Shown one piece after another: positions 9,400 through 19,521 of a DNA stretch of 58,415 nt. The stretch is taken from IMG/VR virus record IMGVR_UViG_3300032236_000753, positions 1 to 58,415 of that record; one strand, 5' to 3'. The position numbers and the translations under genes are program-made. The stretch comes from a virus (lineage: Duplodnaviria; Caudoviricetes). The notes beneath the pieces were generated by a model, which was given only the letters and a program-made list of their open reading frames with translations, had not been told where the DNA came from and searched no databases. Position 1 is the first letter of the stretch, and the number at the start of each line of letters is the position of its first letter.

Positions 9400-9927
9400 A
9401 TGGGTCGCAGAGAAGTTATTATCCCTCGGAAGAAGGAAGAGTTGGTCATTCGACTGGGTACGCCGGATGATATTAATGAAGTAATGAATCTTGCATTGTC
9501 GGCGTGTGATGAAAATGGGTTTGTAGAGCCAAACCCGCATAAGCTTTACAATGAAATATGGCCAGCATTGAATAAAATTTACGGGATGGTCGCGCTTATT
9601 GGCAAGCCCGGTGGCCAAGCTGAAGGTGGCATCCTTTTAAGAGTCGGGGCCATGTGGTATTCTGACAGAATGGTTCTGGAGGAAAAGGCGGTTTTTATCC
9701 ACCCGGATTTTCGATCAGCTAGGGGTGGTCGTGCCAGTAAATTGTGCCGTTTTGCAAAAGAAGCCGCCGATATTTTGGATCTTCCTTTGATGATTGGCGT
9801 ACTGTCTAACCAGCGTACAGAAGCAAAGGTGCGCATGTATGAACGTGAATTTGGCAAGCCAAGCGGTGCTTTCTTCCTCTACAAAGCCAATACGGGACTT
9901 GGGAGCGGAGATGGGCAACTTAACTGA
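9400..9927 (+). CDS. GNAT-fold acyltransferase-like protein, copy 1
   Basis: IRLGTPDDI start and VFIHPDFRSARGG-RA acyl-CoA-binding-like motif; upstream of the ejection protein. Confidence 0.7.
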   Translation: MGRREVIIPRKKEELVIRLGTPDDINEVMNLALSACDENGFVEPNPHKLYNEIWPALNKIYGMVALIGKPGGQAEGGILLRVGAMWYSDRMVLEEKAVFIHPDFRSARGGRASKLCRFAKEAADILDLPLMIGVLSNQRTEAKVRMYEREFGKPSGAFFLYKANTGLGSGDGQLN

Positions 9928-10441
9928 GTATATAGGCAAACGTAAGAATGATATTTTTTCGATCCGTGCGGCAACAACGGATGATGTTTATGAAATCATG
10001 ACTTTGGCGGAAGAAGTCTATGGTGAAATGTGCATTGTCGCGCCGGATAAGGAAAAGATCCTGAACACGCTTTGGCCAGCTTTGCTTCAGGAAGATGGTG
10101 TGTGTTTTGTTGTTGTCGGACCCGATAGCAAAATTCAAGGCGGTGTGCTAATAAGAACAGGTGAGCTTTGGTTCTCCACAGAAAAGCTTTTGATCGAAAA
10201 CCTGTTATTTATCAGTAAGAAGTATCGAAATACGTCGAGCGGGTTGCTCCGGGCAAAGCTATTGTGCAATGCAGCAAAAAGACGATCAGATGAGTTAGGT
10301 ATGCCGCTCTGCATAGGGGTTTTTAGTACGGATCGTACTGAGAGCAAGATGCGGTTTTACGAGTCGCAGTTTGGTTCGAGTGTCGGCGGGTCGTTTTTGT
10401 ATGGAGCCAAATCTGGCCAATACAAAGTAGCGGAGAAGTAA
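9911..10441 (+). CDS. GNAT-fold acyltransferase-like protein, copy 2 (paralogue of 9400..9927)
   Basis: IRAATTDDV, WPAL, GGVLIR-x-G-x-x-WFS, LFISKKYR, IGVFS-x-x-RTESKMRFYE, FG...GGSFLY align with copy 1; start at ATG 9911. Confidence 0.7.
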   Translation: MGNLTEYIGKRKNDIFSIRAATTDDVYEIMTLAEEVYGEMCIVAPDKEKILNTLWPALLQEDGVCFVVVGPDSKIQGGVLIRTGELWFSTEKLLIENLLFISKKYRNTSSGLLRAKLLCNAAKRRSDELGMPLCIGVFSTDRTESKMRFYESQFGSSVGGSFLYGAKSGQYKVAEK

Positions 10442-10442
10442 T

Positions 10443-13400
10443 ATGTGTGGTGGCGGCGGAACTACTACATCCGTATCTTGCACTAAGCCACCTCCGTGTG
10501 TGCTTCAGGCTTATCAGAACGCCGTCGCCCGGATGAACGAGGCTGCAAATCAGCCTTTTGTTGCTTATGGTCAAACTCCCTGTGCTTATGTTGCCGGGCT
10601 TTCTTCTGCCCAAAAAGCTGGGATGCAGAATATCAATAGCTTGATGGGTTCTGCCACCAAGTGCGTTCAGGGTGGGCAAAATTATTTGATGCAGGGCGCA
10701 AACCAGGGAATTGGTTTGCAAAATCAATCTCTTTGCTTGGCCAACCAGGGGCTCGGTATGGCTTCTGGCATCAATTTGAATGCCTTGCAGGGGATTTGTG
10801 CGGCTAGAGCGCAGGGTCAACAGTATCTCGGTGGCGCTACTTGCTTGACAGCAAACGCAATTCGCACCGGCAACATGTACGCTGGGCAGGCGCAGCCTTT
10901 CTACACTGGTGCTTTGCAGGCTGCTGCTCCGATGACGGCTGCTTCTCAGCAGTTTATCGGTGCGGGAACTCAAAATCTTAACCCGACTGCGGTTCTTCCT
11001 GCGGTTAGCGCGTTTGAAAACCCCTATACACGCTGCGTGATTAACGCCACTCAGCGGGCTATGGCCCAGCAGAATGCGCAGCAGGCGTCAAATTTGCAAG
11101 GTTGCGCCATTATGAAGGGCGCTTACGGTGGATGCCGTGCGGGAATCGCGCAGGCTAATCTGGCATATCAGCAGAATTTGGCCAATCAGCAGACGCTGGC
11201 TAATCTGTATTGCAAAAACTATTCACAGGCTCTTGCTGCGGCGCAACAGCAGCAGGGTGTTTGCCTTGCAGCGCAGCAGGCTAATCGTGCAGCGCAGCAA
11301 TATGGTGCGCAGCAGGCGGCTGCTTTGGCTCAGCAGCAATATAATCAAGTTATGGGTGTTGGTACTGGCTTGGCGGCACTTGGCCAGCAGCAGTATGGCC
11401 AGAACCTCGGCACTGGCGCGCAGCTTAATACGCTTGGCAATACAGGATACAGCCAGGGTATCGGCGCGGCTCAGGCTCAGGCTGGCATTGGTCAAAACAT
11501 TTTTGGCAATGCCGCTCAGACTGCGGGTCTCTATCAGGGTGCTGGAAACAACATTGCCAATACGTCGCTGAATGCTGGCAATGCTTACGCCAATCTCGGT
11601 ATGCAGAATCAGCAGCTTCAGTTGGCCAATGCCAACGCGCAGATGCAGGCTGGTTTGGTTTGCCAGCAAACTGAACAGGCGAAGAAGACTGCTGGGTACA
11701 ACACATTTCAGCAGCAGCAGGGGTATCCCTTCCAGACGGCAAGTGCTGTTGCGAACACTGCTGAAGCCACTGGCGCGGCTTCTGGATCCACTTCTACGGG
11801 AACCTCGCATACCAGCAGTGGCTTTGCTGCGGGTGGCGCGGTTGGTCGTCCGAGTAAATATTACGGCGGCGGGTTAGGCGCTTCGAGCCAAGGTGGTGCA
11901 GTATTTAATCCGGGGGCATATGCTCGCGGCGGATATGATGCTGGCGGAACGCCGGGGCGTTCGTATTATCAAACATATACTGAAGATGGGTCAGAATATT
12001 GGGCGGATGATTCTGGTAACGCCGTTTCAAACGATGACCCCGGATTGCAAGCATTTATTGCAAATGGTCAGAAACCTGTGACTAGCACTGGGTCGTCTTT
12101 GCAGAACGAGCAACTCGTTAATAATGCTTATCAAGCAGTTTTTGGACATGCGCCGGATCCTGACGGTTTAAAAACTTGGACGAATGAATTAGCCAGCGGT
12201 CGCGTTACTCCGCAAACTTTGAACGATGTTCTTTTCAAAAACGCTCAAGGCACCGATGTTGAAGCAGCCAGAAGGGTGCAGCTTGAAAATCAAAAAAATG
12301 CCCAATACGAGGGTTTAATTAATAACGCATATGGCGGATTGGGGCGTTCTGGTATCGGTACTGCTGTCAATAACATTGATCAGGCGGGACATGATTATTG
12401 GTTGAATCAGCTTAAATCTGGCGCAATCACGCCAGATCAATTTCAAGCGCAGTTTGCTAAAGGCGCTGAAACTGCATTTGCCAATGATCCAAACAATCCC
12501 AGTGTTCAATACGCTAATGCGTATGCTTCATCGAACCCCAATGGCGGCATCAGAGGCACTCAATGCGCCAATACTGCATATTACAATATGCAGAAGTATG
12601 GCCCAATTGCGCCAACAACCAATGGTTTCAACCCCGCTGGGTTCAAGCCGGTTCTTTGCGGCGATGTGATTAAGTATCAATGCCCCAATAACCCCAGTGT
12701 TTCCTACACTTCGGCGCAACTTGCCTCGATGACTGGCGCCCCTCCGTGCATTACTGCACTGAAGGGTGGCGCAAACATGGTTTACAACCCGAATTTGTAT
12801 CAAAAGCCGGGATGCGCAACCACGAATCAGTATGGTTTTGCTAGTGGTAATGCTGCTGGCGTAGGTAATTTGCCAGCTAGTATGGCGAATGCGGCTTATC
12901 GCCCGACAAACACACAATGTGCGTTTCTGAGCGGTCTTGGAAATCTGTTTAATTCCTACCAGCCGCAGCAGCAGAACACTTATATGCCGAAGTTTAATTT
13001 TGGCAGTGCATGTACCGCGAATCCCATGGGTGCTGGCGCATATGGAGCATTACCTACTGCCAACTTAAAGGGTACGTCTTCCATGGCTGGCGGTTATTCG
13101 CCTTATGCCACCCAGCAATATACTCAGCAGCAGTATCAAGCTCCTGCTCAGCAGCAGTATCAGGCGTATGCCCCACAGCAGCCGATGTATAATGATTATT
13201 ATGGCTCGTATCAGCAGCCAAATTATGGGATGCGTTCGTCTGCCACCTATGGCCAGCCAAGCCCGGCTTACAATGCAACAGGTTATGGGCAACAGCCAAG
13301 TGGTGGCCCCATTGCGCTTGCAACTGAACAAGCGACTGGCACTTACAGCGGCGGCGCTTCTGGTCAATATTCTGGTAATTGGGCAGATGCGGCAAATACG

Positions 13401-16400
13401 CAGAATGCCCAGATGGCCACAACGGGGCAGACGGCGGTTCCCGGTGCTTCTGCGGCGAAGCCATTCGCAAATGGTGGTCGCGCTGGATTTGCTTTGGCTG
13501 GCGCAGTTGGTTGTGCGAGCCAGTTCGGGTGTGATCGTGCAGCGCGCATGGCGCTTGGCGCTATAAACCCCTATGCTGCTTCGCCTAACGCTGGTGGTGG
13601 ATATGCAGCGAATATTCCTGCGCAATATGTCAGCAGCAAGGGATTGCAGGGTGTCGCGCCTCCTACACCGCAGAAGAAGGCTTCTGGCTTAGCCACAGTT
13701 ATGCAAATGCCGCAGCAGGCTGCTGGCGCTATTGAAGGCGTCGAAAAGCTTGGTACGGCTGGCAAAGATGCTTACAAGTGGGCAACAGAACCAGCGAAAG
13801 CTCGTGGCGGGCGCATGGGATTCGCCACAACTGGCACTGTTCCCTGCTGCTGCAGTTATGTAACCAATCGCACTAATTTTGGCGACTATGGTTCGCAGCC
13901 TTATGGCGCTGCTGGCGCAACAGGAAGCCCGCAAGTTCCCAACAGCAAATCAGGCTACGTAATGCCCGGTTTGGCTCCGAATCCGTGGTCACATATTCAG
14001 CCTTTGAAGCCTGCATCACTTCCGGCTGCGCCGACGCCACAGAACCCGCTTAAAACTGCGGCTAACATGGCTGGACAAGCAAAAACGCTCGCCAGTTTGC
14101 CTAGTGACATTAGCAAAATGAAAACTGGGTTGGGCAATTTGTTTGGTGGTGCTTCGGATACTGGCGCGGCGTCTACTGCTGCTACTTCTGGTATGCCCGG
14201 TGCAATTGATCTTACAACGCCTGTTCCTGCTAACGCTGCTACGGGACTTGGCAGCGCGGGTGCTAATGCGGCATCTGCTGCAGCACCTGCTGTAGCGGAT
14301 ACCAGTCTGGCAGCGTCTAGTGCGATGCCTGCTGCGATTGATCTTACTTCTGGCGCGACGGGTCTTGGCGCTGCGGGTGGTGCGGCTGCTATCCCAGAGG
14401 CTGCTGGCAAAGGTGCTGCTGCGATACCTGAAGCGGCTGGTAAGGGCGCTATGCTGTTGTCCCGTGGCGGTGCTGCGCACTATGCCCATGGTGGATTTGT
14501 GCCGCGCACACGGTTCGCTGATGGTGGCCCCGAAGACGCGCCCGCCGCAGATCTCCCATCTGAAAACGCCAACGAGGCTATTGGAAATGGTCTTCCGCCT
14601 GGCGTAAGCGAAACTGAAGCTTTTGGGAAAAAAGAAAAACCACAACAATCAAGTAAAGATCTTGTCGAAGATTATTTGCAACGCACTATTAATCGCGAAA
14701 GTCGTGGCAATGAATTTGCTAAATCTACGACTTCAACGGCTGGTGGTCTTGGGCAAGTAATTAATTCGACTGCACGAAGCTGGCTGGATAAAAACAATGT
14801 TCCTTATGACCCAAATGCATCTCACATAGCAGCAACATTGCCCAAAGAAACGCAAATAGCGATGAACCGCGATTTAATTCGTGGCCATATCGATGCATTG
14901 CAAGGTCGTGGATTAGACCCTTCATACGGTAACGTAACTATGGCGCACTTCCTTGGTGATGCTGGTGGCCCGGCTTTTGTCAAAAATATGCTGGCAAATC
15001 CAGATGCGCCTGCAACATCATTTGTAACGCCACAAGCCGCTAGTAAGAATCAATCTATTTTCTTTAAGAATGGACAACCGCGCAGTGCCCAGGAAGTCTA
15101 TAATCTTATGGAAAAAGCTGGCCAGGGCGGCGGTGGTGGCAGCGCCATGTCTTACGCTCCGGTTCAGCGTATGGCTTCCGGGGCATCTGATGCAATCAAC
15201 AGCATCATGAGCGGTGGCAAAGAAGCTACTAATCAAATGATTAGCGGCGGGAAAGATATTGCTGGCGGCATTAGTGATGCTGCTAGTGGTGTTGGCGATT
15301 GGTTTACTCAGAATAAGTCTTGGATCTTGCCAATTCTGGCTGGTCTTGGCGCGGCTGGACAAGCTTCTGGTCAAGGTATGGGTCGCGGATCTTCGATCCT
15401 TTCTGGTCTTGGCGGTTTTGCCACCCAATATGGCAACATGGCGTATCAGCAGAGCCAGATCAATAAAAACAATATTGATCTGTTCAACCAGAACGTCATC
15501 ATGACCAGAGATGAGAACGGCGCTATTAAAGCCACTGACAAATTGGGTAGACCCCTTTCGCAGCAACAAGTTGAGCAACTGTGGTCTCAAGCAACTGGCA
15601 ATAATCCTGCTTTAAGAGCCATTGGTTCGCCAACACCGCCAGTTGTCCCGGCAAATGCTACACAAGAACAAATCGCTGCAACTAAGCCGCAGCAGAAAGA
15701 AACTTCTGCGGAAGCGGGGGCTCAAGCTGCTGCTCCTAAAACTGAACAGCCAGCCATAGGTGGCCAGCCAAAACAGCCATCCGCAACGGATCAGGCTGCT
15801 CAAACTGCTTTTGAGCCTGCACCCGGTGCGCTTAATCTTAATTCTGAATTGAGCAAATTGCGCCAAGTTGCGTTGACGCAAACTCAATGGCCTAGCGATC
15901 CCAATCAAAACCCTAATGCTCTGTTGCAGCAAGCTAATTCTGCACAGCAGGAAGCTGCTCGCTGGGAAAAGGTTTCTGGGAATAATGCGAATTACAACAA
16001 GGAGTATGCGGCAACTGCGCATCAGCAAGCTTTGGATTGGCAGAAAAAAGCCATGGATTACACGGAACAAGCTAATAAGCTTGTTGAACCCATCATCAGC
16101 GGCAACAAAGATTTCCTCGCCAAACGCGCTGATTCTTTGAATACAAGCGCGATGGGTTTTGATAAGGAAACGGGTGAAAGTTCTCTTAATTCTCAGCGCG
16201 ATATGCAAATGCAGGATCAGCTTGCTGAAGTTTTGAAAAATCACAAATTTGGTCCTGGCACTGAACTTTGGCAAGAAATTAACAAATACAAAAATCTTGT
16301 TCCTGGGTTAGATACGGTAGTAAATTATTTTTCGAACGGGGCCAATCAAGAATGGGCATCGGCTAGTCAAGATGCGCAGAAAAAAGCAGAAACTATGCTT

Positions 16401-16859
16401 GTCCAAGCGGTTTCGGCTATGGGTCTGCAACGCGCTCCAGCTTCATCTGCGCAACATCTTTCTAAGATTGTACCGGGGATCGAAGTTGAACCTGGTGCCG
16501 CATATGACATCATCACGAATCAACGTGCATATGATATGCAACAGCTTGATATGAACAAAGCGTGGAGAGAAGCGCGAACATCGCACGATAAAAATGGATA
16601 TATTCCCAACTCAGAATTGTGGAAACAAAATTGGGTGGAAAATAATCCAATTGAAAATTACAAGCATGCTGCGCATCTCGCGGTTCCCACACCAACTGGT
16701 ATGACGCCAAATGAAGTAAGGGAATATGGGCCTAAGATTAGTGACCCGAGCGAAATTCAAAAAATGCGCCCTGGAACGCAATTTATGTTTGCTTCTGGTC
16801 CTAACCAAGGTCGGATTGGGGTGATAACGTCGGATCGTAAAGCGGCTTTAGTGCCCTAG
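10443..16859 (+). CDS. Large DNA-ejection / internal virion protein (2138 aa) with Q/A/G-rich helical N-terminus, two DUF4214-like repeats and a lytic-transglycosylase-like domain
   Basis: MCGGGG start; AYQAVFGHAPDPDGLKTW and AYGGLGR...DQAGHDYWLNQL repeats; INRESRG...AKSTTSTAGGLGQ...AHFLG lysozyme-like motif; late hydrophobic segments. Confidence 0.8.
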   Translation: MCGGGGTTTSVSCTKPPPCVLQAYQNAVARMNEAANQPFVAYGQTPCAYVAGLSSAQKAGMQNINSLMGSATKCVQGGQNYLMQGANQGIGLQNQSLCLANQGLGMASGINLNALQGICAARAQGQQYLGGATCLTANAIRTGNMYAGQAQPFYTGALQAAAPMTAASQQFIGAGTQNLNPTAVLPAVSAFENPYTRCVINATQRAMAQQNAQQASNLQGCAIMKGAYGGCRAGIAQANLAYQQNLANQQTLANLYCKNYSQALAAAQQQQGVCLAAQQANRAAQQYGAQQAAALAQQQYNQVMGVGTGLAALGQQQYGQNLGTGAQLNTLGNTGYSQGIGAAQAQAGIGQNIFGNAAQTAGLYQGAGNNIANTSLNAGNAYANLGMQNQQLQLANANAQMQAGLVCQQTEQAKKTAGYNTFQQQQGYPFQTASAVANTAEATGAASGSTSTGTSHTSSGFAAGGAVGRPSKYYGGGLGASSQGGAVFNPGAYARGGYDAGGTPGRSYYQTYTEDGSEYWADDSGNAVSNDDPGLQAFIANGQKPVTSTGSSLQNEQLVNNAYQAVFGHAPDPDGLKTWTNELASGRVTPQTLNDVLFKNAQGTDVEAARRVQLENQKNAQYEGLINNAYGGLGRSGIGTAVNNIDQAGHDYWLNQLKSGAITPDQFQAQFAKGAETAFANDPNNPSVQYANAYASSNPNGGIRGTQCANTAYYNMQKYGPIAPTTNGFNPAGFKPVLCGDVIKYQCPNNPSVSYTSAQLASMTGAPPCITALKGGANMVYNPNLYQKPGCATTNQYGFASGNAAGVGNLPASMANAAYRPTNTQCAFLSGLGNLFNSYQPQQQNTYMPKFNFGSACTANPMGAGAYGALPTANLKGTSSMAGGYSPYATQQYTQQQYQAPAQQQYQAYAPQQPMYNDYYGSYQQPNYGMRSSATYGQPSPAYNATGYGQQPSGGPIALATEQATGTYSGGASGQYSGNWADAANTQNAQMATTGQTAVPGASAAKPFANGGRAGFALAGAVGCASQFGCDRAARMALGAINPYAASPNAGGGYAANIPAQYVSSKGLQGVAPPTPQKKASGLATVMQMPQQAAGAIEGVEKLGTAGKDAYKWATEPAKARGGRMGFATTGTVPCCCSYVTNRTNFGDYGSQPYGAAGATGSPQVPNSKSGYVMPGLAPNPWSHIQPLKPASLPAAPTPQNPLKTAANMAGQAKTLASLPSDISKMKTGLGNLFGGASDTGAASTAATSGMPGAIDLTTPVPANAATGLGSAGANAASAAAPAVADTSLAASSAMPAAIDLTSGATGLGAAGGAAAIPEAAGKGAAAIPEAAGKGAMLLSRGGAAHYAHGGFVPRTRFADGGPEDAPAADLPSENANEAIGNGLPPGVSETEAFGKKEKPQQSSKDLVEDYLQRTINRESRGNEFAKSTTSTAGGLGQVINSTARSWLDKNNVPYDPNASHIAATLPKETQIAMNRDLIRGHIDALQGRGLDPSYGNVTMAHFLGDAGGPAFVKNMLANPDAPATSFVTPQAASKNQSIFFKNGQPRSAQEVYNLMEKAGQGGGGGSAMSYAPVQRMASGASDAINSIMSGGKEATNQMISGGKDIAGGISDAASGVGDWFTQNKSWILPILAGLGAAGQASGQGMGRGSSILSGLGGFATQYGNMAYQQSQINKNNIDLFNQNVIMTRDENGAIKATDKLGRPLSQQQVEQLWSQATGNNPALRAIGSPTPPVVPANATQEQIAATKPQQKETSAEAGAQAAAPKTEQPAIGGQPKQPSATDQAAQTAFEPAPGALNLNSELSKLRQVALTQTQWPSDPNQNPNALLQQANSAQQEAARWEKVSGNNANYNKEYAATAHQQALDWQKKAMDYTEQANKLVEPIISGNKDFLAKRADSLNTSAMGFDKETGESSLNSQRDMQMQDQLAEVLKNHKFGPGTELWQEINKYKNLVPGLDTVVNYFSNGANQEWASASQDAQKKAETMLVQAVSAMGLQRAPASSAQHLSKIVPGIEVEPGAAYDIITNQRAYDMQQLDMNKAWREARTSHDKNGYIPNSELWKQNWVENNPIENYKHAAHLAVPTPTGMTPNEVREYGPKISDPSEIQKMRPGTQFMFASGPNQGRIGVITSDRKAALVP

Positions 16860-16869
16860 GAGTTTGGTC

Positions 16870-19512
16870 ATGGCAGATAACGCCAATACAAATGATCCTT
16901 GGGCCAGCGTTATGGCTGATCCTGGGTCAATTACTCCGCCTAAACGAAGCGAAACCAGTGGGTCTGCCCCTGTTTCGGATAAAAACGACCCTTGGTCCAG
17001 TGTTATGGCTGAACCTGGATCTTATAAAGCGCCCACTAGTGGTGCGCCCACGCAACCTATGGGTAATATTGTAAATATACCGATGGGTACAGAAGAAAAA
17101 CCAACACCTTGGTCAGAAGTTGGCAAAGGTTTTGTCGCGAATGTTGTTCCAAGCACTGGTCGCGCTATTGTTGGCGCGGCTGAAGGTCTTGGTCATGCTG
17201 TCATGCATCCGATTGATACTGCTCAAGGCATTGGGCATTTAGCTAAGGGGCTTTATTCAAAAGAAGAAGGTTGGCGTGGTGCCAAGCAGGATCCTGAACA
17301 AAAAGCTCAGGATGAGGCGCTTGTTAACGCTTTCATGCAAAGCTATTCGGATAAATATGGTAGTTGGGAAGGATTCAAACATACTCTGGCAAACGATCCA
17401 GCCAGCATTGGTATGGATTTAGCAACAGTAGCATCTGGTGGCGAATTGGCTGCTGGAAAGCTTGCTGGGTTGGCTGGAACGGCAACCACTACAGGAAAAG
17501 TTTTGGGCACTGCTGCCGATGTGGCAGGCAATGTGGCTAAATATACAAATCCGTTGACGCCCGCGACAACTGCTGTTGGCGCTGTGGCAAGTAAAGTTGG
17601 TGCGCCTATAATCGGCAAAGTGTTCAAAACGGCTGGCCAGCCGGGCACAGAACCTATTTGGGATGCATCTGCTGGTACGTTCACGCAGCCAGTACAGGAT
17701 TTAATTAAAACGCATTTTGAAGGGCGTTTAGATCCTGCTGTTTTGCATGACATTAAAGACAGCATATCCCATGAGATGAGTGAAGGTGGCATCAATAGCG
17801 CCTCTTTGGATCAAGCTTTGTTAAAAGCGCAAGGGATGGCACCAACCACTAGCGGCGTCACTGGTATTAAAGCACCTGCTGAAGCTAAGGCTGGTTTGGA
17901 AGAAGTTCGCGTTAAAAATATGCTGCAAGCGCAGCAAAATGCGGAATCTTTAATTGGTGGGCCAATTCCTAATACGCCTGTCATGGGCGATGCGCTTGAA
18001 CAGGCTATGGAAGCCAGAAAAAATAATTATGCGCAGGCTTATGATGCTTTAAATGCAAACACGGATCGGCTGCATCCTTCGGTCTTCAATGGTTTGGTGC
18101 CCGACTTACATGCGGCGGTTGAAGCTAGATTGGGCACTTCTTTAGATCCGTCAAAATTTGCTGGATACTCTGGCAAGCGCGGTTTGTCATCTAATCAAAC
18201 TGCATTCCCTGGCACTCAAGAAGCAATAGATATTCTAAAAAATGATCTTGCACCTATCCCTACTGCGGTTCCTATGCAAGCTCCGCAACAGGGTATGCAG
18301 ATGCTACCTAAAGTAACTGCTTTGGGCCCAATAACGCAAAAAACCATCAATGATGTTCGAAAATCCCTAAATAAAATTTGGGACAATGCCAGCGACATGG
18401 ATCGTCGCGGGATTGATGCTGTCAAACAGGTATTAGATGATCGAATTGATGGGGCGTATAGCTCGGTAACTTCGCCTAGATCCACAAACCCCTTGGTATT
18501 TGATGCTAAGGGGAGACCGTTGTCTCCTAGTCAAGCGGCTCAAACCCGCAATTTGATTGGTGATGCAAACAGCAAATATGCTGACTATCGAAATACATTT
18601 ACAAATTATTCCACCACACCCGATGGCGTAATCGCCCGTGCAGCAAAAAACTTAAACAATAGTTTAAAATATGATCCGCAAAGCCAAGCCTGGGTTGGCC
18701 AAGCCACTCCTGAAATGCATAATATTGCCCAAAGTACTTTGCTGCAAGGATTAAAAGATCCTGCTAAATCAGCGGCAATATATGATAAATTAGCTGGTCC
18801 GCAGGGAGTTTTTGCTTCATCTCCGCAGCATATTGATATGCTTGACCAAATGCTTAGGCGTTCAATTTTGAATGGTGATGCCGAAAAATTGCCCGCAAAT
18901 ATAGACAAGTTTTTGAAAACTAATAAAGCCTTGGCAGATAGAATCTTCCCTGTAACTTCTGCTGGAGTGAACCCGCAAAACGAGCTTCGTCAACTTGGTG
19001 AAGCAATTCGTAGCGCCAATAAAATTCCAGACACAAATCCTGCTAAACCAGGAATATTACGGGATCTTACTGGAAGACTTGGAAAAGCCGGAATAATTGC
19101 AATGGGCCACGGTGTGGGTGGCGGAATGGGCGCAATAACTGCTGGCATCATTAGCCATAACTTGCATATGCCGCCTCCAACTCCAGAAGCGGCACTTGCT
19201 AGACAGTTGCAGGGTAATCCTAAGTTGCCTGCATCAGCCTATGCACCAGAGGTTCCGCCTGCACTCAGCGATGCGGCAAATGCTGCTGCCTTGGCCAGCG
19301 GTGAGTACGAAGAAAATGTCCCTCGTTATCTTACCATTCACCGCAAAGCAGGTGGTCGCGTGTCTAAAACAACGCCTGAGCAGCGCGCCGAGAAGCTTAT
19401 CCGCATGGCGGATCTTGCTAAAAAGCAAGTTAACAAGACGACAGAAACTCTCCTTAGCGCCCCTGACGAGGCTGTGGTAAAAGCCTTGAAGATAGCCCAG
19501 GCTCACATATAA
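16870..19512 (+). CDS. Second DNA-ejection / internal virion protein
   Basis: NDPW-x-SVMA-x-PGS repeats at the N-terminus, Ala/Gly-rich hydrophobic stretches, C-terminal RKAGGRV; follows the large ejection gene. Confidence 0.7.
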   Translation: MADNANTNDPWASVMADPGSITPPKRSETSGSAPVSDKNDPWSSVMAEPGSYKAPTSGAPTQPMGNIVNIPMGTEEKPTPWSEVGKGFVANVVPSTGRAIVGAAEGLGHAVMHPIDTAQGIGHLAKGLYSKEEGWRGAKQDPEQKAQDEALVNAFMQSYSDKYGSWEGFKHTLANDPASIGMDLATVASGGELAAGKLAGLAGTATTTGKVLGTAADVAGNVAKYTNPLTPATTAVGAVASKVGAPIIGKVFKTAGQPGTEPIWDASAGTFTQPVQDLIKTHFEGRLDPAVLHDIKDSISHEMSEGGINSASLDQALLKAQGMAPTTSGVTGIKAPAEAKAGLEEVRVKNMLQAQQNAESLIGGPIPNTPVMGDALEQAMEARKNNYAQAYDALNANTDRLHPSVFNGLVPDLHAAVEARLGTSLDPSKFAGYSGKRGLSSNQTAFPGTQEAIDILKNDLAPIPTAVPMQAPQQGMQMLPKVTALGPITQKTINDVRKSLNKIWDNASDMDRRGIDAVKQVLDDRIDGAYSSVTSPRSTNPLVFDAKGRPLSPSQAAQTRNLIGDANSKYADYRNTFTNYSTTPDGVIARAAKNLNNSLKYDPQSQAWVGQATPEMHNIAQSTLLQGLKDPAKSAAIYDKLAGPQGVFASSPQHIDMLDQMLRRSILNGDAEKLPANIDKFLKTNKALADRIFPVTSAGVNPQNELRQLGEAIRSANKIPDTNPAKPGILRDLTGRLGKAGIIAMGHGVGGGMGAITAGIISHNLHMPPPTPEAALARQLQGNPKLPASAYAPEVPPALSDAANAAALASGEYEENVPRYLTIHRKAGGRVSKTTPEQRAEKLIRMADLAKKQVNKTTETLLSAPDEAVVKALKIAQAHI

Positions 19513-19521
19513 AGGTGAAGC

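Noticed and set aside
10443-13860. Genome-wide codon reassignment (Cys codons read as Asp) or an alternative genetic code
   Set aside because: CxxC Zn fingers, the lipobox Cys and catalytic Asp motifs elsewhere are normal; TAA, TAG and TGA all end genes; no tRNA was seen. The bias is local to one protein region.
14383-14450. Tandem AAIPEAAGKG duplication in the ejection protein
   Set aside because: Ordinary in-frame duplication in a low-complexity linker.
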